This document shows positions 8,898-18,119 of a stretch of 62,112 bases of DNA, in pieces. Position 1 is the stretch's first letter. Each line of letters starts with the position of its first letter. Below the pieces are notes generated by a model. The model was not told where the DNA came from, made no database searches, and saw only the letters and a program-made list of their open reading frames with translations. This DNA comes from Candidatus Omnitrophota bacterium (GTDB lineage Bacteria; Omnitrophota; Gorgyraeia; Duberdicusellales; 4484-171): the NCBI GenBank assembly GCA_021735655.1, contig JAIPGM010000010.1, forward strand, positions 1-62,112. The letters run 5' to 3'. The position numbers and the translations under genes are program-made.

Positions 8898-9773
8898 ATG
8901 GATGTATTAAAGTTAGGCATACCTAAGGGAAGTTTACAGGAAAAAACCGTCGAGCTTTTTCGGATGGCCGGTTTTAATATCTATACTAGCAGTCGGTCGT
9001 ATTTTCCGACTATCGACGATTCTCAGGTAAAGGTGGTTATGGTTAGGGCTCAGGAGATGTCTCGCTATGTTGAAGAAGGAGTACTTGACTGCGGGATCAC
9101 CGGAGAAGATTGGGTTTTAGAGAATTCATCGGACGTTTTACGTTTGGCTGAACTGCGTTATGCAAAACGCACGCTTAATAAGGTACGTTGGGTAGTTGCA
9201 GTAAAGGATGATTCTAAAATAAAGAAGCTAGCCGATTTGAAGGGCAAGCGCATCGCCACCGAACTTTTAGGTTATACTAAAAAGTTTTTTAAAGCTAAAA
9301 AAATACCGGTTGATGTTGAGTTTAGTTGGGGGGCAACTGAAGTTAAGGTAAAAAGCGGTCTAGTTGATGCGATTGTTGAGCTTACTGAGACCGGTGAATC
9401 GCTTAGAGCCAATGGTTTAAAGGAAATCGCTACTATTTGTTTGTCGAGTACTCAATTTATCGCTAATAAATTAGCAGTAAAGAATAGCTGGAAGAAAAAG
9501 AAAATTGACTATATACTTTTACTTTTGAAAGGAGCCTTAGAGGCTCGTGATAAAGTGGGTTTGAAACTTAATATTAGGAAAGAAAATTTGGAAGAAATAT
9601 TAGCGCTTTTGCCAGCCTTAAAGAAGCCAACTATTTCTTCTTTAACTTTAAAAGATTGGGTTGCTTGTGAAGTAATTATTGAAGAAAGCCGGGTGCGCGA
9701 AATTCTGCCGCTTCTTAAAGAAAAAGGAGCCCAAGGAATTATCGAATACCCCTTAAATAAAGTTATTTATTAA
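8898..9773 (+). CDS. hisG: ATP phosphoribosyltransferase, long form with C-terminal regulatory domain
   Basis: 291 aa. N-terminal LKLGIPKGSLQEKTVELFRMAGF and DCGITGEDWVLE motifs are typical of HisG. Its length matches the long (HisG-L) form. No other his genes are nearby. Confidence 0.85.
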   Translation: MDVLKLGIPKGSLQEKTVELFRMAGFNIYTSSRSYFPTIDDSQVKVVMVRAQEMSRYVEEGVLDCGITGEDWVLENSSDVLRLAELRYAKRTLNKVRWVVAVKDDSKIKKLADLKGKRIATELLGYTKKFFKAKKIPVDVEFSWGATEVKVKSGLVDAIVELTETGESLRANGLKEIATICLSSTQFIANKLAVKNSWKKKKIDYILLLLKGALEARDKVGLKLNIRKENLEEILALLPALKKPTISSLTLKDWVACEVIIEESRVREILPLLKEKGAQGIIEYPLNKVIY

Positions 9774-9782
9774 GAGGATAGT

Positions 9783-9872
9783 ATGCCTTGCGGAAAAAAA
9801 AGAAAGCTAAAGAAAGTTAAAAGACATTGGTTTAAAAAAAGAAGAAAACAGCAAAGACACAAGTCTAAATAA
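9783..9872 (+). CDS. Tiny, extremely basic ORF (29 aa: MPCGKKRKLKKVKRHWFKKRRKQQRHKSK), not in the ORF track
   Basis: AAGAGGA SD 6 nt upstream of the ATG at 9783. 19 of 29 residues are K/R/H. TAA at 9870..9872. Confidence 0.3.
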   Translation: MPCGKKRKLKKVKRHWFKKRRKQQRHKSK

Positions 9873-9961
9873 TAGCTTATTTTTATCTTGGGTTCCATGC
9901 TCTTTTTCTATTTTATATTTAAAAAACGCCACCTTACTTGGAGTTAAAGCAAGGAATAAAA

Positions 9962-10954
9962 GTGAAGCCTATAACTGGGTTAAAACTTAACCCAAAACAT
10001 CTTCTGGTCTGCTTATTGGCTGTATTTCTTGTGCCTTCCTTTTTAGTTTCTCCTTGTTTTTCTAAAAGCCGAAAAAATGTTACTAAGCTTTATAGTGATT
10101 ATCTAAATGGTCTTCATTATTTCCAGCGAGGGGAGTATGAGACCGCATTGGATAGTTTTAGGGCTGCTAAAGATAAGGATCCTGATTCGGTTCATCTCTC
10201 TTTGAAGCTAGCCGCAGCGTTAATCCGTTTAGAACGAATGGATGAAGCCGAAGAAGTTTTGCTCAAAGCAAAAAAGGCTGACCCTGATAATCTTGATATC
10301 TCCTTAGTTTTAATTTTTATTTACTCTTTAACTCACGACGATCAACAGCTTGAAGTCGAATACGAAAATTTTTTAAAGAAGGCTCACGAATTAAAACCAA
10401 AAGATCTCGGAATTTCTGAATATTTAGCTCAGTTTTATTTTTACAAAAATAAACCTACCGAGGCAATAAAGGTTTATGAGAAGATTCTTGAAAGCAACCC
10501 GAATCATGTCGGAGCAATTTTTTGGTTGGGCTATCTTTATGATGAGTCTGGCCGACGTAAAGAGGCAATTGATGTTTGGAAAAAGGGGCTGGCAATTGAT
10601 GAGTCACACGCTCCGATTCTAAATTCATTAGGTTATGTTTATACCCTTGAGGGTGAGAATCTCGATCAGGCAAAAACAATGATCGAAAAAGCTTTAGAAC
10701 AAGAACCGGAAAATGGCGCTTATCTTGATAGCTTAGGTTGGGTTTATTTTAAACTGGGTAATTTAGAAAAAGCTAAAGAATATCTAGAGAAAGCAATAGC
10801 CAACATCAAGGATCCGGAAATATTCGAACATTTAGGTGATCTTTATGCTGAGACTGGAGAACCGGCTAAAGGCCTTGAGTACTATAAAGAAGGTTTAGCT
10901 CATTTTCCCAATCACAGCTCTTTAAAGAAAAAGATTGAGCGCTATGAAAAATAA
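9962..10954 (+). CDS. Secreted/lipoprotein-like TPR-repeat protein
   Basis: Signal-like N-terminus (LLVCLLAVFLVPSFLVSPC), then multiple TPR-like repeats. Start taken at the GTG at 9962, preceded by AAGGA. The listed ORF starts at the TTG at 9938. Confidence 0.6.
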   Translation: MKPITGLKLNPKHLLVCLLAVFLVPSFLVSPCFSKSRKNVTKLYSDYLNGLHYFQRGEYETALDSFRAAKDKDPDSVHLSLKLAAALIRLERMDEAEEVLLKAKKADPDNLDISLVLIFIYSLTHDDQQLEVEYENFLKKAHELKPKDLGISEYLAQFYFYKNKPTEAIKVYEKILESNPNHVGAIFWLGYLYDESGRRKEAIDVWKKGLAIDESHAPILNSLGYVYTLEGENLDQAKTMIEKALEQEPENGAYLDSLGWVYFKLGNLEKAKEYLEKAIANIKDPEIFEHLGDLYAETGEPAKGLEYYKEGLAHFPNHSSLKKKIERYEK

Positions 10955-11783
10955 AACTGAGTTTTTAAAGAATAAAGCTAACGATATCAGAAAGCTTATT
11001 ATCCAAATGTTGGCTGAGGCTGGCTCTGGCCATCCCGGAGGATCGCTTTCTTCAGCTGACATAATTGCTTGTCTTTATTTTGAGGTTTTAAACCATGACC
11101 CTAAGAATCCTGCTTTGGTTGATCGTGATCGATTCCATCTTTCTAAGGGGCATTGTTGCCCGGCAGTTTATGCAGCCTTAGCTTTAAGTGGATATTTTCC
11201 TAAGCAAGAGATATTTACTTTGAGAAAATTCGGTTCTATTTTACAGGGGCATCCTGATCGAAGAACTCCTGGCATTGAGGTGGCCAGTGGATCCCTCGGA
11301 CAGGGAATTTCGGTAGCTTTAGGCATGGCTTTGACTGCTAAGCTTGATAAGAAGAGCTGGCGGACATATTGTCTTATTGGTGACGGAGAGAGCCAGGAAG
11401 GAAACATTTGGGAGGCAGCAATGGCTGCGGCTCATTTTAAGTTGGATAATTTATGTGTGATTGTCGATTTTAATCGTTTTCAAATTGATGGTCGGATAGA
11501 AGAGGTGATGGCGCTTGAGCCCTTAGTAAATAAGTGGGAGTCGTTTGGTTGGCATGTTATTGAATGTGACGGTCACAATGTTGAAGAACTGGTCCAGGCT
11601 TTTGGTAAGGCAAGAACAGTTACTTTAAAGCCAACGATAATTGTTGCTCATACGGTCAAGGGTAAAGGGGTTTCTTTCATGGAGCATGTTGCTGATTTTC
11701 ACGGAAGAGCTCCGACTGAGAAAGAAAAAGAAGTTGCCTTTAAGGAACTTCAAGATATTGAACAGGACGAAAAAGAGTTATAA
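10935..11783 (+). CDS. Transketolase, N-terminal (TPP-binding) subunit of a split enzyme
   Basis: 282 aa with a GSGHPGGSLS motif and the TPP-binding region GDGESQEGNIWEAA. Confidence 0.85.
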   Translation: MSAMKNKTEFLKNKANDIRKLIIQMLAEAGSGHPGGSLSSADIIACLYFEVLNHDPKNPALVDRDRFHLSKGHCCPAVYAALALSGYFPKQEIFTLRKFGSILQGHPDRRTPGIEVASGSLGQGISVALGMALTAKLDKKSWRTYCLIGDGESQEGNIWEAAMAAAHFKLDNLCVIVDFNRFQIDGRIEEVMALEPLVNKWESFGWHVIECDGHNVEELVQAFGKARTVTLKPTIIVAHTVKGKGVSFMEHVADFHGRAPTEKEKEVAFKELQDIEQDEKEL

Positions 11784-11784
11784 T

Positions 11785-12714
11785 ATGGAAAAGCTATATG
11801 CACGAGACGTTTACGGCCAAACTTTAGTTGAGCTGGGTAATAAAGACGAAAATTTAATTGTTCTTGATGCTGATCTTTCCGGATCAACTCGAACCGTTTT
11901 TTTTCAGCGAGAATTTCCTGAACGGTTTTTTAATTTTGGCGTTGCTGAGCAAAACATGATGGCTGCCGCAGCTGGTATGGCCAGTTGCGGAAAGATTGTT
12001 TTCGCTTCAACTTTTGCTATGTTTGCTACGGCTAGGGCTTTGGACCAGGTACGAAATTCTATTTGTAGTAATAACTTTAATGTTAAGATTGTCGCCACTC
12101 ATGGCGGGATAAGTGTTGGTGAGGACGGAGCATCTCATCAAGCTTTAGAAGATGTAAATTTTTTCAGGGCTATTCCGAATATGCGGATAGTGGTTCCGGC
12201 TGACGGACCTCAGACAAGGGAAGCGGTCATTGCCGCTTATGAGGCTCAGGGTCCAATCTATATTCGTTTGGGACGCTCAAAAGTTCCTACCTTAGAGAAT
12301 AAAAGTAAGTTCATTCTTGGTAAGGGCCAGATTCTCGCTTCCGGCGAAGGCCTGGCGATTATTGCTTGCGGAGCCATGGTTCAAGAGGCATTGGCTGCCC
12401 GTCAGATTCTTGAAAAAGATCAAATATCGCCAACTATAGTTAATATGCATACGATAAAACCGATTGACGAAGAGTTACTTATAGATATAGCTAAAAGTCA
12501 TAGCAAGATTCTTGTTTGCGAAGAACATCAAGTTCGTGGAGGTCTGTTCTCAGCAGTGGCCGAAGTTTTAATTCGCAAACAACCGATTCAGACCGAATGC
12601 ATTGGGGTCCAAGATTCGTTTGGGCAATCAGGATCGCCTAAGGAGCTCATGGATTTTTATGGTCTCTCCTCTGATTGTATCGCTGAAAAAGCGAAAAAAC
12701 TCATGCGGCAGTAA
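11785..12714 (+). CDS. Transketolase, C-terminal (pyrimidine-binding/C-terminal domain) subunit
   Basis: Start set at the ATG at 11785 (MEKLYARDVYGQTLVELG...), immediately after the stop of the N-terminal subunit. The listed ORF extends upstream to 11641 in-frame. Confidence 0.85.
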   Translation: MEKLYARDVYGQTLVELGNKDENLIVLDADLSGSTRTVFFQREFPERFFNFGVAEQNMMAAAAGMASCGKIVFASTFAMFATARALDQVRNSICSNNFNVKIVATHGGISVGEDGASHQALEDVNFFRAIPNMRIVVPADGPQTREAVIAAYEAQGPIYIRLGRSKVPTLENKSKFILGKGQILASGEGLAIIACGAMVQEALAARQILEKDQISPTIVNMHTIKPIDEELLIDIAKSHSKILVCEEHQVRGGLFSAVAEVLIRKQPIQTECIGVQDSFGQSGSPKELMDFYGLSSDCIAEKAKKLMRQ

Positions 12715-13552
12715 GGCCTGCATTTTAAGTCCTGCCAAAATAAACCTATACCTTAATATATTAGGTAAGTATCCCGGTGGCTATCATTGCATCGAAAGCA
12801 TTGTTGAGCGTATCTCTCTAAACGATAGAATTAAAATTACCGTTAAATCTGATCCGGAAATTAAAATTTTTTCAAATGATAAAAGCCTCCAGACAAAAGA
12901 TAATCTTATTGTTAAGGCGGCCGAATTAATAAAAAAACATTACAAGATTCCTTTTGGCTTATCGATAAAGTTAGAAAAGAATATCCCAGTTGGCTCTGGC
13001 CTAGGTGGAGGGTCTTCTAATGCGGCCAGCACCTTGATAGTCTTAAATACTCTTTTTGACCTTAAATTAGATAAGTCTGAGCTATATAAATTAGGGGCAA
13101 GGCTTGGTAGTGATGTAAATTTTTTTATTTCCGAAAGTAAGTTTGCTTTGCTTAAAGGAAGGGGCGAAAAGTTAATGCCATTGAAAATTGATAAAAAGTT
13201 TTCTCATTTTATTATTTGGCCTAAAAAAAGCATATCAACTAAAGAGGTCTATGACCGCCAGAAAGCGAAATTGACAAAGTTTTTCAATAGTGTTAAGATA
13301 TTGCAGTACGCACTCGCAGAGGGTGACATTTTTTTGATAAAGAAAAACATTTTTAATGTTTTAGAAAAAGAGGCTTGTAATATTTGTCGAGAATTAAAGC
13401 TAGCAAAGCAATATTTGAGCAATAAAGGAATTTTCACTAAAGTTACCGGAAGCGGTAGCGCGCTTTACACGATAGGGGCTTCTTCATCTCTGAGAATTTT
13501 TAAAAAAGGATTGCCGTCTTCTTGGACTGTGTTTAAGGCACAGACCTTTTGA
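12659..13552 (+). CDS. ispE: 4-diphosphocytidyl-2-C-methyl-D-erythritol kinase
   Basis: PAKINLYLNILGKYPGGYH N-terminal motif and GHMP-kinase glycine loop (PVGSGLGGGSSNAAS). Start uncertain: no ATG/GTG/TTG after the upstream stop, so the ATG at 12659 was chosen (56 nt overlap). The listed ORF starts at 12602. Confidence 0.75.
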   Translation: MVSPLIVSLKKRKNSCGSKACILSPAKINLYLNILGKYPGGYHCIESIVERISLNDRIKITVKSDPEIKIFSNDKSLQTKDNLIVKAAELIKKHYKIPFGLSIKLEKNIPVGSGLGGGSSNAASTLIVLNTLFDLKLDKSELYKLGARLGSDVNFFISESKFALLKGRGEKLMPLKIDKKFSHFIIWPKKSISTKEVYDRQKAKLTKFFNSVKILQYALAEGDIFLIKKNIFNVLEKEACNICRELKLAKQYLSNKGIFTKVTGSGSALYTIGASSSLRIFKKGLPSSWTVFKAQTF

Positions 13553-13623
13553 ATAGATGTTTTTGATCTTTAGAATATTTGTGCCAAACAGCTATGAGTA
13601 TCGTGAAAAGGAGGTAGCAAGAG

Positions 13624-14040
13624 ATGGAGATCACAGAAGTTAGAGTTTCTCTTCGAGAAAGCGAGGGAAAGCGGCTCAAGGCTTACGCAACAATTACTTT
13701 TGATAATTCTTTTGTCGTGAGGAACATCAAAGTGATTGAAGGAAACAGCGGCTTATTTGTTGCTATGCCAGCAAGAAAACTTAAGCAGTTCTGTCCTCGT
13801 TGTGGAAAAAAAGTTGACGTAGGGAGTCAGCATTGTAGCCATTGTGGGGTACAGCTGCCGCCTGCTCCTAGGGGCATGGAAGAAAATCGACAAGCGACTC
13901 ATCAGGACTTAGCCCACCCAATTAATCAAGAGTTTCGCGATTATCTTCAGGCCAAGGTTTTAGATGCCTATCAGCAGGAAAAGAAATCACCGACTAAGAG
14001 GGAATATAAAGAAGAACCAAAGGCGGAAGAGACAGCTTAA
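13624..14040 (+). CDS. spoVG: SpoVG-family protein with a C-terminal zinc-ribbon extension (CPRCG...CSHCG)
   Basis: SD AAAGGAGGT. N-terminus MEITEVRVSLRESEGKRLKAYATITFDNSFVVRNIKVIEG matches SpoVG. About 45 extra C-terminal residues contain CxxC-x11-CxxC. Confidence 0.8.
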   Translation: MEITEVRVSLRESEGKRLKAYATITFDNSFVVRNIKVIEGNSGLFVAMPARKLKQFCPRCGKKVDVGSQHCSHCGVQLPPAPRGMEENRQATHQDLAHPINQEFRDYLQAKVLDAYQQEKKSPTKREYKEEPKAEETA

Positions 14041-14099
14041 ATCGCAGATTTTTTAAATAGCTTTTAAACATATCTTTATTTATTTAATAGATTAATTTT

Positions 14100-14171
14100 T
14101 GCCCGGTAGTGTAATTGGCAACACAGCAGCTTTTGGAGCTGCCCTTCCTGGTTCGAGTCCAGGCCGGGCAG
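14100..14171 (+). tRNA. tRNA-Gln (anticodon UUG)
   Basis: Manual fold: acceptor TGCCCGG/CCGGGCA with U1-A72 and G73 discriminator; anticodon stem GCAGC/GCTGC with loop TTTTGGA (anticodon TTG); T-arm CCTGG-TTCGAGT-CCAGG. 3' CCA is not encoded. The listed ORF 14115.. starts inside it. Confidence 0.75.
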
Positions 14172-14195
14172 ATATTATTAAGGAAATTTAAAAAC

Positions 14196-15476
14196 ATGAA
14201 ACAATTTACGGCGATAGTTTTGGCGGCAGGAAAAGGAAAGCGGATGAATTCTGCCCAGCCCAAGGTTTTAGAGAGTTTAATGGGGAAGCCGTTAATTTAT
14301 TACGTGATAGCTGAATTACTGCTTTTGAAGAAACAGGTTAAACAGATAGTAGTAGTTACTGGGTATAAGGGTGAGCTGGTTAAAAAAGAAGTAAGGAATA
14401 ACTTCCCGGAAGTTTTACATTACTTAGAGTTTGTTAATCAGAAAAAATTAGATGGAACAGCTAAAGCAGTTCAGCTGGGGAGTAAAAAAGCAAAGCATGG
14501 TAATATTTTAGTTGTCTGTGGCGATACGCCGCTTATAACTAACCTAACGCTTAAAAAATTTATTGCTTCTTACTTAAGAAAAAAACTTGCTTGTTGCGTG
14601 CTTACTGCGGTTATGGAAAGAGAGAATTCCCTTGGCCTAATAGTTTATGATAAGTTTGGAAAGTTAAAAAGTATTACTGAAAAGATAGAGCTAAAAAATA
14701 GTCGTAGAGGACTTTTGATTTTCGGAGAGGTCAATAGTGGGATTTATTGTTTTGAACGTAAGACCTTGGTTAAAAATTTAGCGAAGATTAAAATGAATAA
14801 ACGGAAAAAAGAGTATTTTCTTACTGATATAGTTGAAATTCTTTATCAGCAGAAAGCCATTTTAGGTTCTTACCTTTTGCCTAGCTTTCAAGAGATAACA
14901 GGCATAAATAGCAAACAAGACCTAGCTTTGGCTAGACGACTTATGCAAAGAAGAATTATTGAAAGCCTTATAAATAGGGGAGTTAACGTTATTGATCCGG
15001 AAACTACCTTCATTGAGGCCGGGGTAAAAGTTGGTAAAAACACTGTAATTTATCCCTTTACCTTTATTGAGAAAGGTGTTATAATCGGCAGCTGTTGTTC
15101 TTTGGGACCTTTTGCCCGTCTGCGAAAAGGTACGTCTATAGGTGATAATTCGCATATCGGTGACTTTATTGAGCTTAATCGTAGCAAGATTGGCCGTAAT
15201 GTAAGAATGAAGCATTTTGGCTATATTGGCGATGCCGTAGTTGAGGATAACGTAAACATCGGCGCCGGAACAGTTACTGCTAATTTTGACGGCAAACTTA
15301 AGCAGAAAACTTACATTAGGAAAGGTTCTTTTATCGGCTCAGATACTATTTTAGTTGCCCCTTTGGAAGTAGGAAAGAATAGCACAACTGGGGCCGGAAG
15401 CGTAGTCACTAGGAATGTTAAGTCAGGAACGGTGGTTGTGGGAGTTCCAGCTAAAAAATTAAAGAAGCGAGGATGA
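14196..15476 (+). CDS. glmU: Bifunctional UDP-N-acetylglucosamine pyrophosphorylase / glucosamine-1-phosphate N-acetyltransferase
   Basis: Start set at the ATG at 14196 (MKQFTAIVLAAGKGKRM, nucleotidyltransferase G-loop), after an AAGGAAA SD. C-terminal left-handed beta-helix hexapeptide repeats. Confidence 0.85.
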   Translation: MKQFTAIVLAAGKGKRMNSAQPKVLESLMGKPLIYYVIAELLLLKKQVKQIVVVTGYKGELVKKEVRNNFPEVLHYLEFVNQKKLDGTAKAVQLGSKKAKHGNILVVCGDTPLITNLTLKKFIASYLRKKLACCVLTAVMERENSLGLIVYDKFGKLKSITEKIELKNSRRGLLIFGEVNSGIYCFERKTLVKNLAKIKMNKRKKEYFLTDIVEILYQQKAILGSYLLPSFQEITGINSKQDLALARRLMQRRIIESLINRGVNVIDPETTFIEAGVKVGKNTVIYPFTFIEKGVIIGSCCSLGPFARLRKGTSIGDNSHIGDFIELNRSKIGRNVRMKHFGYIGDAVVEDNVNIGAGTVTANFDGKLKQKTYIRKGSFIGSDTILVAPLEVGKNSTTGAGSVVTRNVKSGTVVVGVPAKKLKKRG

Positions 15477-15479
15477 TTA

Positions 15480-16430
15480 ATGGATAAAATGGTAATTTTT
15501 AGCGGTAGCGTCAATAAGAAGCTTGCTAATAAGATTTGCGGGAAACTTAATGTAAAGTTAGCTAAAGCTATTACTACGCATTTTAGTGACGGCGAGATTA
15601 GAGTTGAAATTGGTGAAAACGTAAGAGGAAAAGATGTATTTATTATTCAACCGACTTGCCCACCAGTTAATGAAAATTTAATGGAATTATTAATCATGCT
15701 TGATGCTCTTCGTCGGGCTAGCGCTAAAAGAATCACTGCAGTCATTCCTTATTTTGGTTACGCTCGTCAAGACCGGAAAGATCAGCCACGAGTACCGATA
15801 ACTGCAAAGTTGGTGGCGAATATTTTGACCGGCGCCGGAGCAGATCGAGTTTTAACGCTTGATTTACACGCTGGCCAAATTCAAGGGTTTTTTGATATTC
15901 CTTTGGATCATTTATATGGTATTAATGTTTTTGTTGATTATTTTCGAAGAAAAAAAATCAAAGATTTGGTTATAGTCTCTCCTGATGTCGGAGGAATAAA
16001 GATGGCCAGGGCTTATGCTAAGCGGTTTAAGGCCGGGTTGGCTATCGTTGACAAGCGAAGGAACTCACCGGAAGCAACAGAAGTTATGCATATATTAGGT
16101 GAAGTTAAAGATAAAAACGTTATTTTGGTTGATGATATAATTGCTACTGGTTCTTCAATAGTTGAAGCTGCCAGGGCTATAAAAAAAGCCGGGGCCAATA
16201 AAGTATTCGCAGCGATTACTCATGGAATTTTATCTCGGGATGCAGTTTCAAAAATTAACAAGTCGACTATAGATGGTTTGGTTATTACCGACTCTATTCC
16301 TTTAGATGATGCTAAAAAAAGTAAAAAAATAAAAGTTATTTCTGTAGGCAATCTTTTTGCTGAAGCGATAAAGAGAATTCATTTTGAAGAGTCAATTAGT
16401 GGCCTGTTTAATTCATTGGAGAAGCAATAA
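15480..16430 (+). CDS. prs: Ribose-phosphate pyrophosphokinase
   Basis: DLHAGQIQGFFDIPLDHL and the PRPP-binding loop VLVDDIIATGSS. Confidence 0.9.
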   Translation: MDKMVIFSGSVNKKLANKICGKLNVKLAKAITTHFSDGEIRVEIGENVRGKDVFIIQPTCPPVNENLMELLIMLDALRRASAKRITAVIPYFGYARQDRKDQPRVPITAKLVANILTGAGADRVLTLDLHAGQIQGFFDIPLDHLYGINVFVDYFRRKKIKDLVIVSPDVGGIKMARAYAKRFKAGLAIVDKRRNSPEATEVMHILGEVKDKNVILVDDIIATGSSIVEAARAIKKAGANKVFAAITHGILSRDAVSKINKSTIDGLVITDSIPLDDAKKSKKIKVISVGNLFAEAIKRIHFEESISGLFNSLEKQ

Positions 16431-16432
16431 TT

Positions 16433-17134
16433 ATGGAAAGAGTAAAAATTAAAGTAAGCAATAGGGAAGGTAAAGGAAAAGAGATAGTTAAGCGATTAAA
16501 AAAAGAGGGTTTTGTCCCGGCTGTCGTCTATAGTTCAGATATGAACGCTACCTTAACCGTACCGGTTGAAAGTTTGAAGATTTTACGAGCAATACATTTC
16601 TCAGAAAGCACGGTAATTGATATGCAGATAGAAGGAGGTAAGGAATCAGTTTCTTTACCGGTTTTAATAAAAGACGTTCAATTTAATCCAGTGACCGAGA
16701 CACCGATACATATAGATTTTCTTAAAGTATCCTTGACTGAAAAAATTAAAGTTGAGATACCGATTATTTTAAAGGGTGAGTCTAAGCAAGTCAAAGAAGA
16801 GAATGGAGTTATCGAGCAAATCTTGCGTGAGCTGGAAGTCGAAGGTTTGCCTTTAGATATACCAGAACATATCGATTTAGACATTTCTGGCTTAGAAATA
16901 GGTAAATCTATTCATGTCGAGAGCCTAGCTGTTTCCGATAAACTTAAGTTAATTACCGATCCTCAGGCTACGATAGTTACAGCTTTGGCTAAGAAGGAAG
17001 AAGTTGAAGAGGAGCCTTTAGTTGAAGCAGCACCACCTGGTGAGCCAGAGGTTATTAAGGAAAAGAAGGAAGCAGCTGGAGATCAGTCTAAGGAAGGCAA
17101 GAAAGAAGACAAGGAAGATAAAGAAAAGAAATAA
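16433..17134 (+). CDS. rplY: 50S ribosomal protein L25 / general stress protein Ctc form, with K/E-rich C-terminal tail
   Basis: N-terminal L25 domain (EGKGKEIVKRLKKEGFVPAVVY) followed by a Ctc-type C-terminal domain and an acidic/lysine-rich tail. Confidence 0.8.
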   Translation: MERVKIKVSNREGKGKEIVKRLKKEGFVPAVVYSSDMNATLTVPVESLKILRAIHFSESTVIDMQIEGGKESVSLPVLIKDVQFNPVTETPIHIDFLKVSLTEKIKVEIPIILKGESKQVKEENGVIEQILRELEVEGLPLDIPEHIDLDISGLEIGKSIHVESLAVSDKLKLITDPQATIVTALAKKEEVEEEPLVEAAPPGEPEVIKEKKEAAGDQSKEGKKEDKEDKEKK

Positions 17135-17135
17135 A

Positions 17136-17711
17136 GTGAAATTCATTTTTGGCCTTGGTAATCCCGGAATACAGTATAAACAAAATAGACATAATATAGG
17201 GTATCGGATAGTTGAGAAAATAGCTGAAACTGAGAATAGTTCTTTTAAAAGAAAGTTTGGCCTTGGAGGGCTGATAGCGATTACAAAGATAACGACACCG
17301 GGGGAAAGTTATTGTTTCATTAAGCCAACTACCTTTATGAATAATTCAGGCCGATGCCTTAAGGCGGCTAAAAAAAAGTATGGTTTTTCTTTAGACGATA
17401 TCTTGGTAGTTTATGACGATGTCGATTTAGAGCTGGGAGTGGTTAAATTTAAGAAAAGTGGTTCTTCCGGAGGACATCGTGGCATGCAGTCAATAGTAGA
17501 GACATTAGGAACAGATCAGATAAATCGGCTAAGAGTTGGCATCGGAAGAGATTCAAGGATCGATACTGCTGACTATGTTCTTTCTGATTTTTCTGGTTCG
17601 GAATTAAAATTTCTACCGGAAATTATTAATAAGGCTGCTTTTGCTTGTTGCGATTGGGTCAGCAAAGATGCTGAGTTTGTTATGCAGAAGTATAATTCGA
17701 CTAAGTCTTAG
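17136..17711 (+). CDS. pth: Peptidyl-tRNA hydrolase
   Basis: GTG start at 17136 gives (M)KFIFGLGNPGIQYKQNRHNIGY, the canonical Pth N-terminus. The listed ORF extends upstream into rplY. Confidence 0.85.
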   Translation: MKFIFGLGNPGIQYKQNRHNIGYRIVEKIAETENSSFKRKFGLGGLIAITKITTPGESYCFIKPTTFMNNSGRCLKAAKKKYGFSLDDILVVYDDVDLELGVVKFKKSGSSGGHRGMQSIVETLGTDQINRLRVGIGRDSRIDTADYVLSDFSGSELKFLPEIINKAAFACCDWVSKDAEFVMQKYNSTKS

Positions 17712-17755
17712 GCTTTTTAGATGCCAAGGTTAGTCTCATTAAGGAGGAGAAAAAA

Positions 17756-18106
17756 GTGAATCGAAATTACGAAAGTATGATGATTGTTAGATCGGATATA
17801 TCCGAGGATCAGCAGCAAGAAATTTTTAATAAGATTATTAAAAAGATAGAAGACCTTGGAGGCAAGGTTTCTGTATCAAAGATATGGGCTAAGGAGCGTA
17901 ATTTCTATTTTGTCTTAAAGTCAAGAGGGGCCGAGAAGAAGAAATATGATCGAGGTTGTTACTGGCTTATTAATTTCGTTTTAGCTAATGACAAGGTCGA
18001 TGAGCTTAAAGAAGCCATCCGCCTAGAAGAGCGAATACTGCGCAGTGTTATAATTAACAAAGAGCATCAGGTTAAAGCAGCTATTGTAAAGACTGAGAAT
18101 TCTTGA
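17756..18106 (+). CDS. rpsF: 30S ribosomal protein S6
   Basis: GTG start after an AAGGAGGAG SD. YESMMIVRSDISEDQ resembles the S6 N-terminus (YEIVFMVHPD...). Conserved rpsF-ssb-rpsR order. Confidence 0.8.
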   Translation: MNRNYESMMIVRSDISEDQQQEIFNKIIKKIEDLGGKVSVSKIWAKERNFYFVLKSRGAEKKKYDRGCYWLINFVLANDKVDELKEAIRLEERILRSVIINKEHQVKAAIVKTENS

Positions 18107-18119
18107 AAGGGAGGCGAAT

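Noticed and set aside
11641-11784. Upstream extension of the transketolase C-terminal subunit ORF (48 extra codons)
   Set aside because: Overlaps the N-terminal subunit gene. The ATG at 11785 directly follows that gene's stop and gives the canonical N-terminus.
14115-14195. Upstream extension of the glmU ORF
   Set aside because: It runs through the tRNA-Gln gene. The ATG at 14196 with an AAGGAAA SD gives the canonical GlmU N-terminus.
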